From positions 1-64,000 of the forward strand of contig JALXBF010000039.1 in NCBI GenBank assembly GCA_026991575.1: a DNA stretch of 64,000 bases, written 5' to 3'. The notes beneath the pieces were generated by a model. The model was given only the letters and a program-made list of their open reading frames with translations. It did no database searches and was not told the DNA's origin. This document shows positions 1 through 10,315 of the stretch, one piece after another; positions within the stretch are counted from its first letter, which is position 1, and each line of letters starts with the position of its first letter. A program made the translations under genes and the position numbers. The stretch comes from Planctomycetota bacterium. GTDB lineage: Bacteria > Planctomycetota > Planctomycetia > JALXBF01.

Positions 1-737
1 GTCCCCGTGAAGATGAGGTCGCCCGGCTCCAGCGTAAACACCTGTGAGATGTACGCGACTAGCTCCTCCACCTTGAAAATGAACTCGCGCGTGTTTGAGT
101 CCTGCATCACCTCCCCGTTCAGCCTCAACCGGATCGGCAAGTTGTTCGGGTCGAGTTCATCGGCCGTGACTAGCATCGGACCAACCGGCGCAAACGTATC
201 GAACGACTTGCCACACAACCACTGCTTGCCCGGCTTGTGCAGCTGCCAGTCACGAGCCGAAACGTCATGGCCACATGTGTAGCCCGCCACGTGTTCGCCA
301 GCCCTCTCCTTCGGAATGAACCGCCCCCCTCTCCCGATGACGATCACCAACTCGGCCTCGTAGTCGACCTGCTCGGAGACTGGTGGCAGCACAATCGGGT
401 CCTCCGGACCGATCAAGGCATTGGAAAGCTTCGAAAACAGGACCGGTTCGTCCGGAATCGGCGCACCGCTCTCGACGGCGTGGTCTCGGTAGTTCAAGCC
501 AACACAAATGATCTTGCGCGGGTCAGGCACCGGCGCACACAGCCGAACCGAATCGCCCGTGTGCGTAGCGGTGGCGCCGGACAGAGCCGCCCGCAGCCGG
601 GAGAGAGCTTCCGGGCCGCCGGCCAGAAACGCGCGCATCTGCTCCGGGAAGCCGAGCGATGCTAGAGTCACGTAGCCCCCGGGAACTTCGGCCGCAGCCA
701 ACCGCTTGCCACCTGCCTCGATCGTCACCAGCTTCAT
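1..737 (-). CDS. Fumarylacetoacetate hydrolase family protein (3' end runs off the window)
   Basis: Not in the ORF track. Manual translation from ATG 737 gives MKLVTIEAGG...KIICVGLNYRDHA...VDYEAELVIVIG...HDVSARDWQ...GKSFDTFAPVGP...LEPGDLIFTG, the typical FAH motifs. Confidence 0.93.
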   Translation of the reverse strand, partial: MKLVTIEAGGKRLAAAEVPGGYVTLASLGFPEQMRAFLAGGPEALSRLRAALSGATATHTGDSVRLCAPVPDPRKIICVGLNYRDHAVESGAPIPDEPVLFSKLSNALIGPEDPIVLPPVSEQVDYEAELVIVIGRGGRFIPKERAGEHVAGYTCGHDVSARDWQLHKPGKQWLCGKSFDTFAPVGPMLVTADELDPNNLPIRLRLNGEVMQDSNTREFIFKVEELVAYISQVFTLEPGDLIFTG

Positions 738-828
738 CGCATTCCTCCACGTGGCCAGGAAACACGTTATGCTACGAGACAGAACGGCCCTTGACCACCG
801 TGGCCCCCACGGGATCCGCGCCAACGCG

Positions 829-1737
829 ATGAAGACGGCAGACAAGCAGCATGGCAGTACACCTGTGCCGCTGCTGGTTGACACGGACATCGGCGACAAC
901 ATCGACGATAGCTTCGCCCTCGCGCTTGCGGCCCGCTGCACCGCCACACGGTTGATCGGTGTCACCACCGTCTACGGCGACACCACCACACGGGCACGGC
1001 TAGCGGCGGGCGTGCTGGAACTGTGCGGTCTCGATTGTCCCATTACGCCGGGCTGTGCCGTTCCGCTACTTGAGCCGACCGCTAAGGTGGAGCAGCCTCC
1101 CCTGCTGGCCGATTGCTTGCCCCAGGGCAACTTCCGCCCGCTGGGCGCGTCGGCCGTGGAGCTGTGGTCGGCTGCCACCGAAGGGGGCGCGATGCAGGCA
1201 GCCCTGCTTTGCATCGGCCCGCTCACGAACCTCGCCCTCGCGCTCCGCTGCCGACCGGACCTGTTCCGCATGCTCCAAATCCTGATCATGGCCGGCAGCC
1301 TCGCCTGCCCGGTGGCCGAAACCAACGTGCGGCTCGATCCAGAAGCGGCCTACATTGTCGTTCACGCCAACGTGCCCGTTACGGTGGTCCCGCTGGACGT
1401 GACACAACGCTGTGCCTTCGAGCAGGCCACGATCGACCGGCTCGCACAGCACGACGATCCGCTACTGCGTCAGCTAGGCCGCGGCTCGAGACAGTTCCTC
1501 ATCCGCAAAGACCGCGCCCAGGTCGTACCCCACGATGCCGTGGCGCTGACGGCATTGTTGCACCCGGAGTGGTTCGCATTCGAGCAAGGCTGGTTGGAGG
1601 TGCTCCTGCACCCGCCGAGCGAACGGGGCCGAGTAGTATTCAGGCCGGGACGGTCTGGTCCGGTGACGGTAGCCGTTGATGTCGATCGCGCGGCGGTCCT
1701 GGATTACATGCTGCAAGCAATCGGCGTGAAGCCATGA
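829..1737 (+). CDS. Inosine/uridine-preferring nucleoside hydrolase
   Basis: N-terminal DTDIGDNIDD, IGPLTNLA, AETNVRLDPEAA and PHDAVA motifs. Start moved to ATG 829. Confidence 0.9.
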   Translation: MKTADKQHGSTPVPLLVDTDIGDNIDDSFALALAARCTATRLIGVTTVYGDTTTRARLAAGVLELCGLDCPITPGCAVPLLEPTAKVEQPPLLADCLPQGNFRPLGASAVELWSAATEGGAMQAALLCIGPLTNLALALRCRPDLFRMLQILIMAGSLACPVAETNVRLDPEAAYIVVHANVPVTVVPLDVTQRCAFEQATIDRLAQHDDPLLRQLGRGSRQFLIRKDRAQVVPHDAVALTALLHPEWFAFEQGWLEVLLHPPSERGRVVFRPGRSGPVTVAVDVDRAAVLDYMLQAIGVKP

Positions 1738-3053
1738 GCAACCCACCGGGGATCCTGCGCCGAGCCGCCCGCCGCTGGCCACTGTTGAGCTCGGTCCTGC
1801 TGGGAGCCGCCCTGCTGAGCCTGATTCCGTTCGGCGATCCGCCGCAGCGAATGGCCGACGGACTGGTCGTTGCCGAACTTGCGCTCTTCGCCCTGGTTGC
1901 CCTGTGGTCGGTCCTCGGCGACCAGACGTCGTCGCCACCTGGGTCGGCGGCCACCGGCCGGTACACGGATGCCGTACTCGGCCTCGCGCTCTATGGCCCC
2001 TGGCTGTGGCTGTGGCTTCCACGCATAACGGCAACCAGGCCGGTGCTGGACGATGTCATCTACCTTCGAACGGCAACGGAACCGTCGCTTACCGGTCTGT
2101 TTGAGCCGCACAACGAGCACTGCGTGTTCTTGCCGAAGCTCTTTACGACGGCTGCCGTGCAGATCGCGGCGGCAGCCGGCGTTGAGCCGACAGTGCTCGG
2201 GCGCAGCGGGCTGTTTCTAATGTTCTTCCTCGCGGCGGCGCGAGCGATGCGTGTAGCTACCGGATCAGTCCCGGCTACCGCCGCAGGCCTGGCGTTTCTT
2301 GCCTTCGTGCCCGCGACCACCGAAGCCGTCTGCTGGTACTCGGCATCGCTGTGGTTGATCGGGCCTGTGTTGTTCCTTTTTGCGCTGCCCGATGCGTACC
2401 ATGGCCGCCGCCCATGGCTGGTGGCCGCTGCCGCGGCACTCGGCCCCTTCGCGTTCTGGTCAGGCGCTCTGGTGGGCCCCGGCCTTGCCGGTGCCGCCTG
2501 GGCGGGCACGGCAACCGGGTACCGCGGCAGCCAACCCGTCCGCAGGACCGCCCTCTTTGCGCTTGCGGGAACCGTCACAGGCACGTTGCTCTGCATGCTG
2601 ATTGCCGCCAGAGGACAGCGGCACCTGGCGTGGCACAGCCTGGCCAACCTGACCGTCTGGGAGCGGGCCACGGTGTTCAGCGGACGATTCCTGGCAGACC
2701 ACGCGTTCGGAGGGCTACCCGCCGTCTCGGAAGAACACCTCGGACCGTTCGCATACCCGCTCCGTCTGGCTGCGGTCCTGGTGGGACTGGTGTGTTTGCT
2801 GGCACTAAGCCGCCCACGGCGTCTGGTGGGCGTGCTCGTTGGTGTAGCGGCTGCTAGCTATGCGATGAGCTTCCTGGCACGGGCGGATCTGGCGTACGAG
2901 CTGGCGCTGCGGCACAGCGACCGGTATCACATCTGGGGCCACCTAGCCGTTAGCTGGCTGGTCGCCGGCGCGGTTGCCGGCGGGACGCAGGTGGTCAGCA
3001 GGTGGCTGACGGCGAGGCGCTCGTTGCAGGTTGCATCGGCAAGGAGCCCGTAG
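1734..3053 (+). CDS. Polytopic membrane protein, possibly a GT-C/GtrII-like glycosyltransferase
   Basis: Many hydrophobic helices, a DD plus EPHNEH loop, and an ATGA overlap with the upstream gene. Confidence 0.55.
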   Translation: MSNPPGILRRAARRWPLLSSVLLGAALLSLIPFGDPPQRMADGLVVAELALFALVALWSVLGDQTSSPPGSAATGRYTDAVLGLALYGPWLWLWLPRITATRPVLDDVIYLRTATEPSLTGLFEPHNEHCVFLPKLFTTAAVQIAAAAGVEPTVLGRSGLFLMFFLAAARAMRVATGSVPATAAGLAFLAFVPATTEAVCWYSASLWLIGPVLFLFALPDAYHGRRPWLVAAAAALGPFAFWSGALVGPGLAGAAWAGTATGYRGSQPVRRTALFALAGTVTGTLLCMLIAARGQRHLAWHSLANLTVWERATVFSGRFLADHAFGGLPAVSEEHLGPFAYPLRLAAVLVGLVCLLALSRPRRLVGVLVGVAAASYAMSFLARADLAYELALRHSDRYHIWGHLAVSWLVAGAVAGGTQVVSRWLTARRSLQVASARSP

Positions 3054-3134
3054 CCGGGCCTAGGCAGCACAGCCGATCGCACGCCGCGCGGTGAGAAGCA
3101 CCGGTCGAGGCGCGGGCCGTGGGCCAATGGGGAG

Positions 3135-4676
3135 TCAGGTGTTGCCACCGGAACCAGCAACAAGCCGCTCCGGACTGCCAGGACAGTCCTCGTCGCGGCG
3201 CACTCGCCCCAGCGACTGCATAGCTTCGCGCACGTAGCGCGGCAGATAGAACATCCGCTGGTGGGCAAAGCCGTCGTAAAAGCGGGTCGGCTCCGTGAGC
3301 CGCTCGGCCAGCAAGCGGTCCACCTCCTCGACCGATAGCGACAAGGGCGATCGCAGCGACTCGTCACCCGCGATGGTAAACGACCAATCGGTGGTGAACG
3401 ACGGCATGTACGTGGCACCGACGTGCACCGTGGGGAACACCTCGCGGATGGTACGGTAGATGGTGGCGAAGCTGGTCAGGCCGTACAGCGAGACCGCGTC
3501 CGACTGCACGACCACGACGCCCCCGGGGTTCAGGATGCCGCGGACCTTCTCGTAGAACTCGACCGTGAACAGCCGTGCTGAGAGGCTGTCGCCGATCGGG
3601 TTGGTCAGATCGAGCACGACGGCATCGAACTGTTCGGTGCAGTTCTCCACGTACGCGCGACCGTCGCCAAAGTGGAATCGGACGGCCGGGTGATCGAACG
3701 CACCGGCGTGGAAGCCGGGCAGGTACCGCCGGCAGGCTTCGACCACCTGGGGATCCAACTCCGCCATGATGACCCGTTCGACGGAACGGTGCTTAAGCAC
3801 CTCGCGGATGGTAGCACCTTCGCCACCCCCTACAACCAGTACGCGCTTAGGGCCCGGGTGCAGCAAGAATGCCGGATGAACCAGGCACTCATGATAGATG
3901 TGCTCGTCGGCCTCGTAGCTCTGCACTTCGCCGTCGAGCACCAGGCACCTGCCGTAGGCTTCCGTCTCGAGGATGTCGATCTCCTGAAACTCACTCCGCT
4001 CGCGGCAGATCTGGCGGCGAATGGCGTGGGCTGTGTACTCCCAGGGGCTAGCCCAGTCGTGAAGCCAGCGATGGGGTCCCCAAGTCTGGCCGATGTACTT
4101 GAACGCTTCGGCCGCACGCCGAGCCCAGTCTTTCATGTCCGGCGGTGGCGGGGTTGTGTCGGCCTGACCGGTGGCGGACTCGTCACCGGCGGACGGCTCG
4201 CCGGCGTAGCCGCCGTTGGGCTGAGCGTTGACGTAAGCGGCGAATTCGGAACCGTTGCCGCGGCCCGCTGCTGCGGAGACGGCGGCCAGGGCCCCGACGC
4301 GGGCTCTACGGCGGCTGATCCGCCGGTAACCGGCGCCTCGAGGCAGTTCGGCCTCCTCAAACCGTTCCGCGCCGAGGGCCCGAGCCAGATGTTCCCGGGC
4401 CAGCCGCGGCGTGAGGCTCTCGCCGCACAAGTACAGATCCATGCTGCAGATCTCGTACTCCGGCCAGGTGTGAATGGCCAGGTGGCTCTGGGCCAACACC
4501 GCAACGACGCTGATACCCATCGGGGCGAAACGGTGGGAGTGGATCCCCAGTACAGTAGCGCCCGCTGCCCGGGCAGCTTCACGGACGTGGTGCCGCAGGT
4601 ACGGCTCATCGTCCAACAACCGGGGGTCACACCCGTAAAGCTCCGAGACCAGTTGTCGACCGAGTAGGATCCCCAC
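3135..4676 (-). CDS. speD-speE: Fusion of an AdoMet decarboxylase-like (SpeD) proenzyme and a polyamine aminopropyltransferase (SpeE)
   Basis: N-terminal domain has HRFAPMGIS..VLAQSHLAIHTWPE..DLYLCG. After a low-complexity linker, the C-terminal domain has SEFQEI, LDGEVQ, GGGEG and DLTNP. Confidence 0.9.
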   Translation of the reverse strand: MGILLGRQLVSELYGCDPRLLDDEPYLRHHVREAARAAGATVLGIHSHRFAPMGISVVAVLAQSHLAIHTWPEYEICSMDLYLCGESLTPRLAREHLARALGAERFEEAELPRGAGYRRISRRRARVGALAAVSAAAGRGNGSEFAAYVNAQPNGGYAGEPSAGDESATGQADTTPPPPDMKDWARRAAEAFKYIGQTWGPHRWLHDWASPWEYTAHAIRRQICRERSEFQEIDILETEAYGRCLVLDGEVQSYEADEHIYHECLVHPAFLLHPGPKRVLVVGGGEGATIREVLKHRSVERVIMAELDPQVVEACRRYLPGFHAGAFDHPAVRFHFGDGRAYVENCTEQFDAVVLDLTNPIGDSLSARLFTVEFYEKVRGILNPGGVVVVQSDAVSLYGLTSFATIYRTIREVFPTVHVGATYMPSFTTDWSFTIAGDESLRSPLSLSVEEVDRLLAERLTEPTRFYDGFAHQRMFYLPRYVREAMQSLGRVRRDEDCPGSPERLVAGSGGNT

Positions 4677-5024
4677 GGCAGTACCCCCCGCCTAGAGGCC
4701 CTGGGTGACACGAACCGACGACACGTCACGGCGTGAAGCCGTTGCCGAGAAAGCAGGCTTTGTCATTCTACCTCTGTTTCAAGTCCTGACCACCGCTCTC
4801 GGCAGCCGCCGCGGACAACTCCCTGCAGCGTCCCCGGCTTGGCATAATGGGTAGTTGCCCAACCGGTGCTGGCTAGTCGGCCGGCGGCCCAGTCGCACGC
4901 CACGTTCCGGTCCCGGCGGTGTCGGGCAACGGGGCAGCGTGGGCCGTCCGCACCGGCGCCGTCTGCCCGGGCCGCGAGCCGGCCCCCTTCTGTCACCAGC
5001 GCGCATCAGCCATCGTGAACATCC

Positions 5025-6290
5025 ATGGAACGCCTTGTCAATCTGTTCGGGCTTGTCGTTCTGATCGGCATCGCGTGGGCTCTGTCCACGAATCGCAAGC
5101 AGGTCAACTGGGGGCTGGTCCTGAAGGGCATCGCCCTGCAGCTTTTGTGTGCGTTCCTCGTGCTGCGCACCCCCTGGGGCAGGCCGTTCTTCGCCGGCGC
5201 GCGTCAGGTCGTGATCTTCGTGCTGGATGCCAGCAAGGCGGGCACCGAATTCGTGTTTGGGGCGTTGGCCAACGAGACGGTGTTCGGCCAGGCGATGGGG
5301 GACCAGTCGCGCTGGGGATTCATCTTCTTCGTGCAGGTGACCGGAACCATCATCCTGGTCTCCTCGCTCATGGCCGCACTCTACTACGTAGGCATCATGC
5401 AGCGAATCGTCTGGGCCATGGCCAAGCTGATGCAGGTAGTGATGGGGCTGAGTGGGTCGGAGTCGCTTGCCGCAGCGGCGAACGTGTTTGTCGGCCAGAC
5501 CGAGGCGCCTCTGGTGATCCGCCCCTACCTGGAACGGATGACTCGTTCGGAGCTGATGGCCCTGATGACCGGGGGCATGGCGACGATTGCGGGGGGGGTC
5601 ATGGCTGCCTACGTGGGCATGCTCAAGGACGAGTTTCCTGACATTGCCGGACATCTGCTGGCGGCCAGCGTGATGTCGGCCCCAGCCGCATTGGTTCTGG
5701 CAAAGATCATGGTGCCGGAGACCGAGCAAAGCGAGACGATGGGCACCGTGCCGCTGGACTACGAGAAGAACGGCTACAACCTGATTGACGCCATCTGCCG
5801 CGGCGCCTCCGAGGGCCTGCGGCTATCGCTCAACGTGATGGCCATGCTCGTTGCGTTCATCGCTCTGATCTACCTGTGCAACGCCATCCTTTCGGGCGTG
5901 GGCCGTCTCTTCGGCGTGCCTGGCTTGACGCTCGAGCAGCTCTTTGGCTACGTGGGTGCCCCGCTGGCACTGGTCCTCGGCGTGCCCCCCCGTGACGCTC
6001 TCACCGTTGGCCAGCTCCTCGCCGAGCGAACCATCCTGAACGAATTCGTGGCGTACTCCCATCTGGCCGAGATCCTGCAGTCCGGTTCGCTCAGCGAGCG
6101 TTCGACCGTGATCTCGACCTACGCTCTCTGTGGCTTCGCGAACTTTTCGTCGATCGCCATTCAGGTTGGGGGTATCGGCGTGCTGGTGCCGAATCGGATT
6201 CAGGACCTGGCCGAACTCGGACTACGCGCCATGCTGGCCGGAACGCTCGCCTGCTTCATGACCGCCACCATTGCGGGCGTGCTTGTCTGA
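5025..6290 (+). CDS. nupC: CNT/NupC-family Na+/nucleoside symporter
   Basis: GSESLAAAANVFVGQTEAPL, GMATIAGGV, NEFVAY and LCGFANFSSIAIQ motifs. Confidence 0.95.
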   Translation: MERLVNLFGLVVLIGIAWALSTNRKQVNWGLVLKGIALQLLCAFLVLRTPWGRPFFAGARQVVIFVLDASKAGTEFVFGALANETVFGQAMGDQSRWGFIFFVQVTGTIILVSSLMAALYYVGIMQRIVWAMAKLMQVVMGLSGSESLAAAANVFVGQTEAPLVIRPYLERMTRSELMALMTGGMATIAGGVMAAYVGMLKDEFPDIAGHLLAASVMSAPAALVLAKIMVPETEQSETMGTVPLDYEKNGYNLIDAICRGASEGLRLSLNVMAMLVAFIALIYLCNAILSGVGRLFGVPGLTLEQLFGYVGAPLALVLGVPPRDALTVGQLLAERTILNEFVAYSHLAEILQSGSLSERSTVISTYALCGFANFSSIAIQVGGIGVLVPNRIQDLAELGLRAMLAGTLACFMTATIAGVLV

Positions 6291-6306
6291 GCCGCCTAGC
6301 CGGTCA

Positions 6307-7353
6307 CTAGGCGGCACGTCTCGCCTGCTCGCTGTCGGCGTCCGGCTCGAGGCCGGCGAGCCTGACAGCCTCGGCCAGCGTGGCACACATCCGCTCGATT
6401 CGGCTGCGTAGCGGCCCTTCTGCCAGCAACAACGCCGGCGGCTCCGCGTCACTGATCAGCGACCGGAAGTAGCGGGCAAAGAAGCGCGCCACCTGCTCCC
6501 TGCGGTACGTGCCCAGGCGGTCCTGATAGCGCGCGGGCCCCTGGCACCACCGCCACCATAGCCGCTGCCAAAGAGGCGGCTGCAGGCTGCGGTCGGTAAG
6601 CGATGTGTCCGCCAGACGCCGCTTCAGCTTCAACAGCATTCTGGCGCGTCGACCGATCACCGGCAGCAGCATGCCCGCCAGCCCGCCCACATGCTGCAGT
6701 TCAGGCCGATCCAGATGAACGATGCGGCGACCATCCAGCAGCAGCAACATGTTCAGCACCTTAGCCGTGTCGTACGCCCAGCCACGGTAGCCTTTCTGCC
6801 AGAGCAGGCGACGCACCGCGTCGGGCAGGAACTCCGGTGCGTCGTACCGCTCGAACCCGATGCGCCATCGCTGCATGACCTCACGAAGCGGTCCGGTTCG
6901 ATAAACGGCGAAGAACGTCACGCCCAGGGTTTCGCCGCGTGGACCGACGAGCCGCTTACCTTCGAAGCCGTCCCGCGCCTGATCCGCTTCCAGTGCCAGG
7001 TGATACCCGGCCGTGACCACGTCAGCCGTCTGCACCGCGTCATGGACCTGGTTGGCAACCGGCCCGGTGATGAAGAAATCCACGTCGACGAATGCGAAGT
7101 AGGGTTCCCTCCAGTCGGTGAACAGCCGGTTCAGCACAATACCATGGGGCAAGGGGGTGTGTTCCGGAATCACGTGCACAGCGGTCCGCGGGAGGCCGGC
7201 GGCCACGCGGTGCAGTTCGAGCAGCTCGGTGCGGGCCAGACCATTGCTGACTAGGACAAATCGCCAGGGGGTCCAGTGCAGCATGGAGGCCAGCGCGCAG
7301 TGCGCCAGCTTGACCGATCCGGGTGTTACCACGATGTGAAAGGTCAGCCTCAT
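6307..7353 (-). CDS. Putative GT-A/GT2-like glycosyltransferase (paralog of the next gene)
   Basis: TFHIVVTPG...PHG.VL...YFAFVDVDFF (DxD)...DTAK...HVGG. Start ATG 7353. Confidence 0.6.
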   Translation of the reverse strand: MRLTFHIVVTPGSVKLAHCALASMLHWTPWRFVLVSNGLARTELLELHRVAAGLPRTAVHVIPEHTPLPHGIVLNRLFTDWREPYFAFVDVDFFITGPVANQVHDAVQTADVVTAGYHLALEADQARDGFEGKRLVGPRGETLGVTFFAVYRTGPLREVMQRWRIGFERYDAPEFLPDAVRRLLWQKGYRGWAYDTAKVLNMLLLLDGRRIVHLDRPELQHVGGLAGMLLPVIGRRARMLLKLKRRLADTSLTDRSLQPPLWQRLWWRWCQGPARYQDRLGTYRREQVARFFARYFRSLISDAEPPALLLAEGPLRSRIERMCATLAEAVRLAGLEPDADSEQARRAA

Positions 7354-7387
7354 CGCACCATCCCAACTTCGCTCGCTGCACGCTCGC

Positions 7388-8515
7388 CTACGCTGCACGT
7401 GACCATCGGTACTGGGCAGCCCCGGGTGGCTGGGCTACTCGGTCTGCAAACCGCGCGAACGCTCGCTGGATCACGGCGCACATCTCGGCCAGCCGGTGCC
7501 GCAATGCTTTGTCTTGGAGCCGCATGACCGGACGCGGGGCACCGTCCACAAGGTGCTTGAGGTAAGCGGCAAAGTACTCGGCAATACAAGAGCGTAACGC
7601 CAGCAGCCGGGCAGCCTCCTCGCTGCGCCGCACGCCACGGCCGCCCCTTCCCGATCCGTTGCCCCCCAGGTACAAGAGCTGCAGCCGACGCAGCCGCCGC
7701 TCCGTGATCACCGTCCGGCGACCGAGTAGCCGGAGCGGTTCTACCTGGAGCTGCAGTCGCCAGTCGCCACCTGGTGCGAGCGCCCGGGCAATGCCACCGA
7801 TGTGGCACAGTTCGGGCAAGTCCTCATAGCAGATGGCCATGCCCTCCAGGTTCATGAGCGCGTTGAGCAGTTTCGCGGTATCAAAGGGTGGTCGCAGAAT
7901 GCCGTGTCGCCGTAGCAGCTCTGCCACCGGCCCTGGTATGTAATCGGGAAACAGGTAACGCTCGAACAGAATCCCCCACTTGCGGCGAATCCGCTCGACT
8001 GCTGCCCGGCGGTAGATCGCAAAGAACGTGGTAGCCAGCGGCATGTGACCGGGCCCGAAAAGGCAGCGGCCATGGAAGCCCCCCTCGACGATCTCGCCGC
8101 GCAGGCCGACATGATAACAGCTGCTGAAGACGTCGTACCTGGTGAGCCGCTCAAGCACCGGCCGCTCAAACGGGCCGACCGCAAAGATGTCGGGATCGCA
8201 GAAGGCGAAGTACTCGCCGTCGTGAAAGCGGTCAAACAGCAACGACAGCACCAGGCCGTGCGGCAACATCCGCGGCGCCGAGAAGAAGGTAACCTCCAAC
8301 CGGTCCGTCCGACCGGCCAACGCACGCAACTCCGTCGCCTCGGCCGGCTGCACCGCGTTGCCCACTAGCCGGAACCGAAACCGGGACTGATCCATCAGGC
8401 TGTACAGCGCGACTTTAAGGTAGCGGACTGTGCCGGGTGTGTAGACGATGTTGAACGTGATCGCCTCCGGGTCAGGCGGTCCCATTGTGGTAAACTCTCT
8501 GTTGCTGCTGTCCAT
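7388..8515 (-). CDS. Putative GT-A/GT2-like glycosyltransferase (paralog of the previous gene)
   Basis: TFNIVYTPG...PHGLVL...YFAFCDPDIF (DxD)...DTAK...HIGG. Start is 8515 or 8485. Confidence 0.6.
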   Translation of the reverse strand: MDSSNREFTTMGPPDPEAITFNIVYTPGTVRYLKVALYSLMDQSRFRFRLVGNAVQPAEATELRALAGRTDRLEVTFFSAPRMLPHGLVLSLLFDRFHDGEYFAFCDPDIFAVGPFERPVLERLTRYDVFSSCYHVGLRGEIVEGGFHGRCLFGPGHMPLATTFFAIYRRAAVERIRRKWGILFERYLFPDYIPGPVAELLRRHGILRPPFDTAKLLNALMNLEGMAICYEDLPELCHIGGIARALAPGGDWRLQLQVEPLRLLGRRTVITERRLRRLQLLYLGGNGSGRGGRGVRRSEEAARLLALRSCIAEYFAAYLKHLVDGAPRPVMRLQDKALRHRLAEMCAVIQRAFARFADRVAQPPGAAQYRWSRAA

Positions 8516-8523
8516 CGCCCCGG

Positions 8524-9321
8524 CTAACCGGCTTTCCGCCTGAGCATCCCCGTCATCAACGCGTGCCGCTGGAGGTAGTCGTACAGCTCCGCCACTTCGC
8601 CCGTCAGCGGCTCGGTACACCCGGCACGGTGGTTCACAAAGCCGCGACAGTAAAACTGCCGTGCGGCTGCGTCGTCGTAACGCAGGCCGAGAGCCGCGCA
8701 CAGCCGCTCGTACTGGGCCAGGTACTCCTCCCCCTGGAGATCGAACGAAACCAGCGGGAACGCAAGGCGACGATGCCAGTCAACCAGCCGCCGGTTGTAG
8801 TGCGTCCACAGCGCGATGCCTTCTTCAAGGGACATCTTGTTGCGCGTCCGCAGCGATTCGGCCACAGCGACCGGATGGCGGAAGGTGCCGACGCAGCGGT
8901 ACCGGCGCACGACAGGCAACCACAAGTGCAACGTCAACACCATACGGGGATCCTTGATCGCCCACGGCTCGAACTTGCTGTACGGCTGCAGCGCCGCTCG
9001 CAACTCCGACCAGGACGCTGCATCGGCCGGGATCGTCTCAGGGGGGTGCCGCCAGGAGCCACCCAGTCTTCTCAAGATGCGCTCGTTCAAAGTCCAAACC
9101 CGATCGTCCTCCAGGTTGCCCCGCGGATTAAACCGGTTCCAGCGGGGAACGCGGCAGAGCCGAACGCCGGAGGTCTCCAGCAGTCCGGTCAGACAGGAAG
9201 TACCGCTGCGATGCATTCCGAGCACGAACAGGCCTTCGGTCTCAATCGGACCCCGGGGTCCGTACAGCAGCCGCTCCAGGACGGCACGTATTCGTTGGCG
9301 AGTCGACATTCGTATCCCCAT
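8524..9321 (-). CDS. Sulfotransferase family protein
   Basis: VLGMHRSGTS 5'-PSB loop, IKDPR, and RHPVAVAESL 3'-PB motif. Start is 9321 or 9309. Confidence 0.8.
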   Translation of the reverse strand: MGIRMSTRQRIRAVLERLLYGPRGPIETEGLFVLGMHRSGTSCLTGLLETSGVRLCRVPRWNRFNPRGNLEDDRVWTLNERILRRLGGSWRHPPETIPADAASWSELRAALQPYSKFEPWAIKDPRMVLTLHLWLPVVRRYRCVGTFRHPVAVAESLRTRNKMSLEEGIALWTHYNRRLVDWHRRLAFPLVSFDLQGEEYLAQYERLCAALGLRYDDAAARQFYCRGFVNHRAGCTEPLTGEVAELYDYLQRHALMTGMLRRKAG

Positions 9322-9511
9322 CCGAATCACCTCAGCTGTACACACCGGCGCTGGCCAGCTATTCCTTGCGGTTTGCCCTGAACACGTCAACACGGACCGC
9401 CCGCTCGCCAGGACTCCTTGCTTGCCCGGGCAGCAGGCGGGCGCGGTCTACGTTGCCCTGAGTGGCCGGGTCTGATAAGACCGAAGGCTACTTCAGCACG
9501 GAGTGCGCACG

Positions 9512-10294
9512 ATGCTTGGCCAGTGGCAACTGTTTCGGGTCTTCTTCTGGCGTCGGTTCCAGCTGGACGCCACCCACGGAACCGGCCTGTTCTGGTACGT
9601 GGCCGACGCTGCGCTGTACATCGCGGTGCACGTGCTTGTGTTCTCGCGTGTGGCGGCGATGAAGCACGAGCAGCTACCGGATTACTTGCCGCCGGTCGTG
9701 GCCCACGGCGCGTTCGTGTGCTGCGGTATTCTGCCCTGGAAATCACTGGCCAATGCGGGCAGTGTCGCCACGCGCACGTTCCGCGCCAACGGAACCTTCC
9801 TGCGGAAAACATCGGTCAAGCCAGCGTTCTTTGCGGTGCTGGATGCGAGCCATCAGATGGTGCAGTTCTTGAGCGTGCTGGCGTTGATGTTCTTGCTGCT
9901 GGTGGCGCTCGGCTATCGGCCTGGCCTCGCGCTATTGCAACTGCCGCTTGTGCTGATGGCTCACTTCGGGCTGCTGCTTTCGGTCGCTCTGGGCTGTGCA
10001 GCGATCGGGGTGTTCATGCCCGGCATGGCTGCCCTGTGGGGAATGCTCGCGCGCATCATGCTCTGGACAACGCCCATCGTCTACCCGCGCGGCTTGCTGC
10101 CCGAACCCCTGGTAGCCGTGCTCCGCTGGAGCCCCTTGTGGCAGTTGGTCGACGCCTACCGCGACATCATCGCCCGCGATCGATTCATGACCGCTCCCCA
10201 ATGGGCGGCGATTGCGCTGACCGTTGCCGTTTGCCTTGGCCTGGCCTGGCTGATCTACGAGACGCTAGAGGAAGATGTACGGGATTTTGCCTAG
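9512..10294 (+). CDS. wzm: ABC-2 glycan export permease (Wzm-like)
   Basis: About 6 TM helices, WTTPIVYP and WSPL..LVDAYRDI motifs. GGAG RBS at 9500-9503. Confidence 0.85.
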   Translation: MLGQWQLFRVFFWRRFQLDATHGTGLFWYVADAALYIAVHVLVFSRVAAMKHEQLPDYLPPVVAHGAFVCCGILPWKSLANAGSVATRTFRANGTFLRKTSVKPAFFAVLDASHQMVQFLSVLALMFLLLVALGYRPGLALLQLPLVLMAHFGLLLSVALGCAAIGVFMPGMAALWGMLARIMLWTTPIVYPRGLLPEPLVAVLRWSPLWQLVDAYRDIIARDRFMTAPQWAAIALTVAVCLGLAWLIYETLEEDVRDFA

Positions 10295-10315
10295 CTCAAC
10301 AGCGGCACGCCGCTG

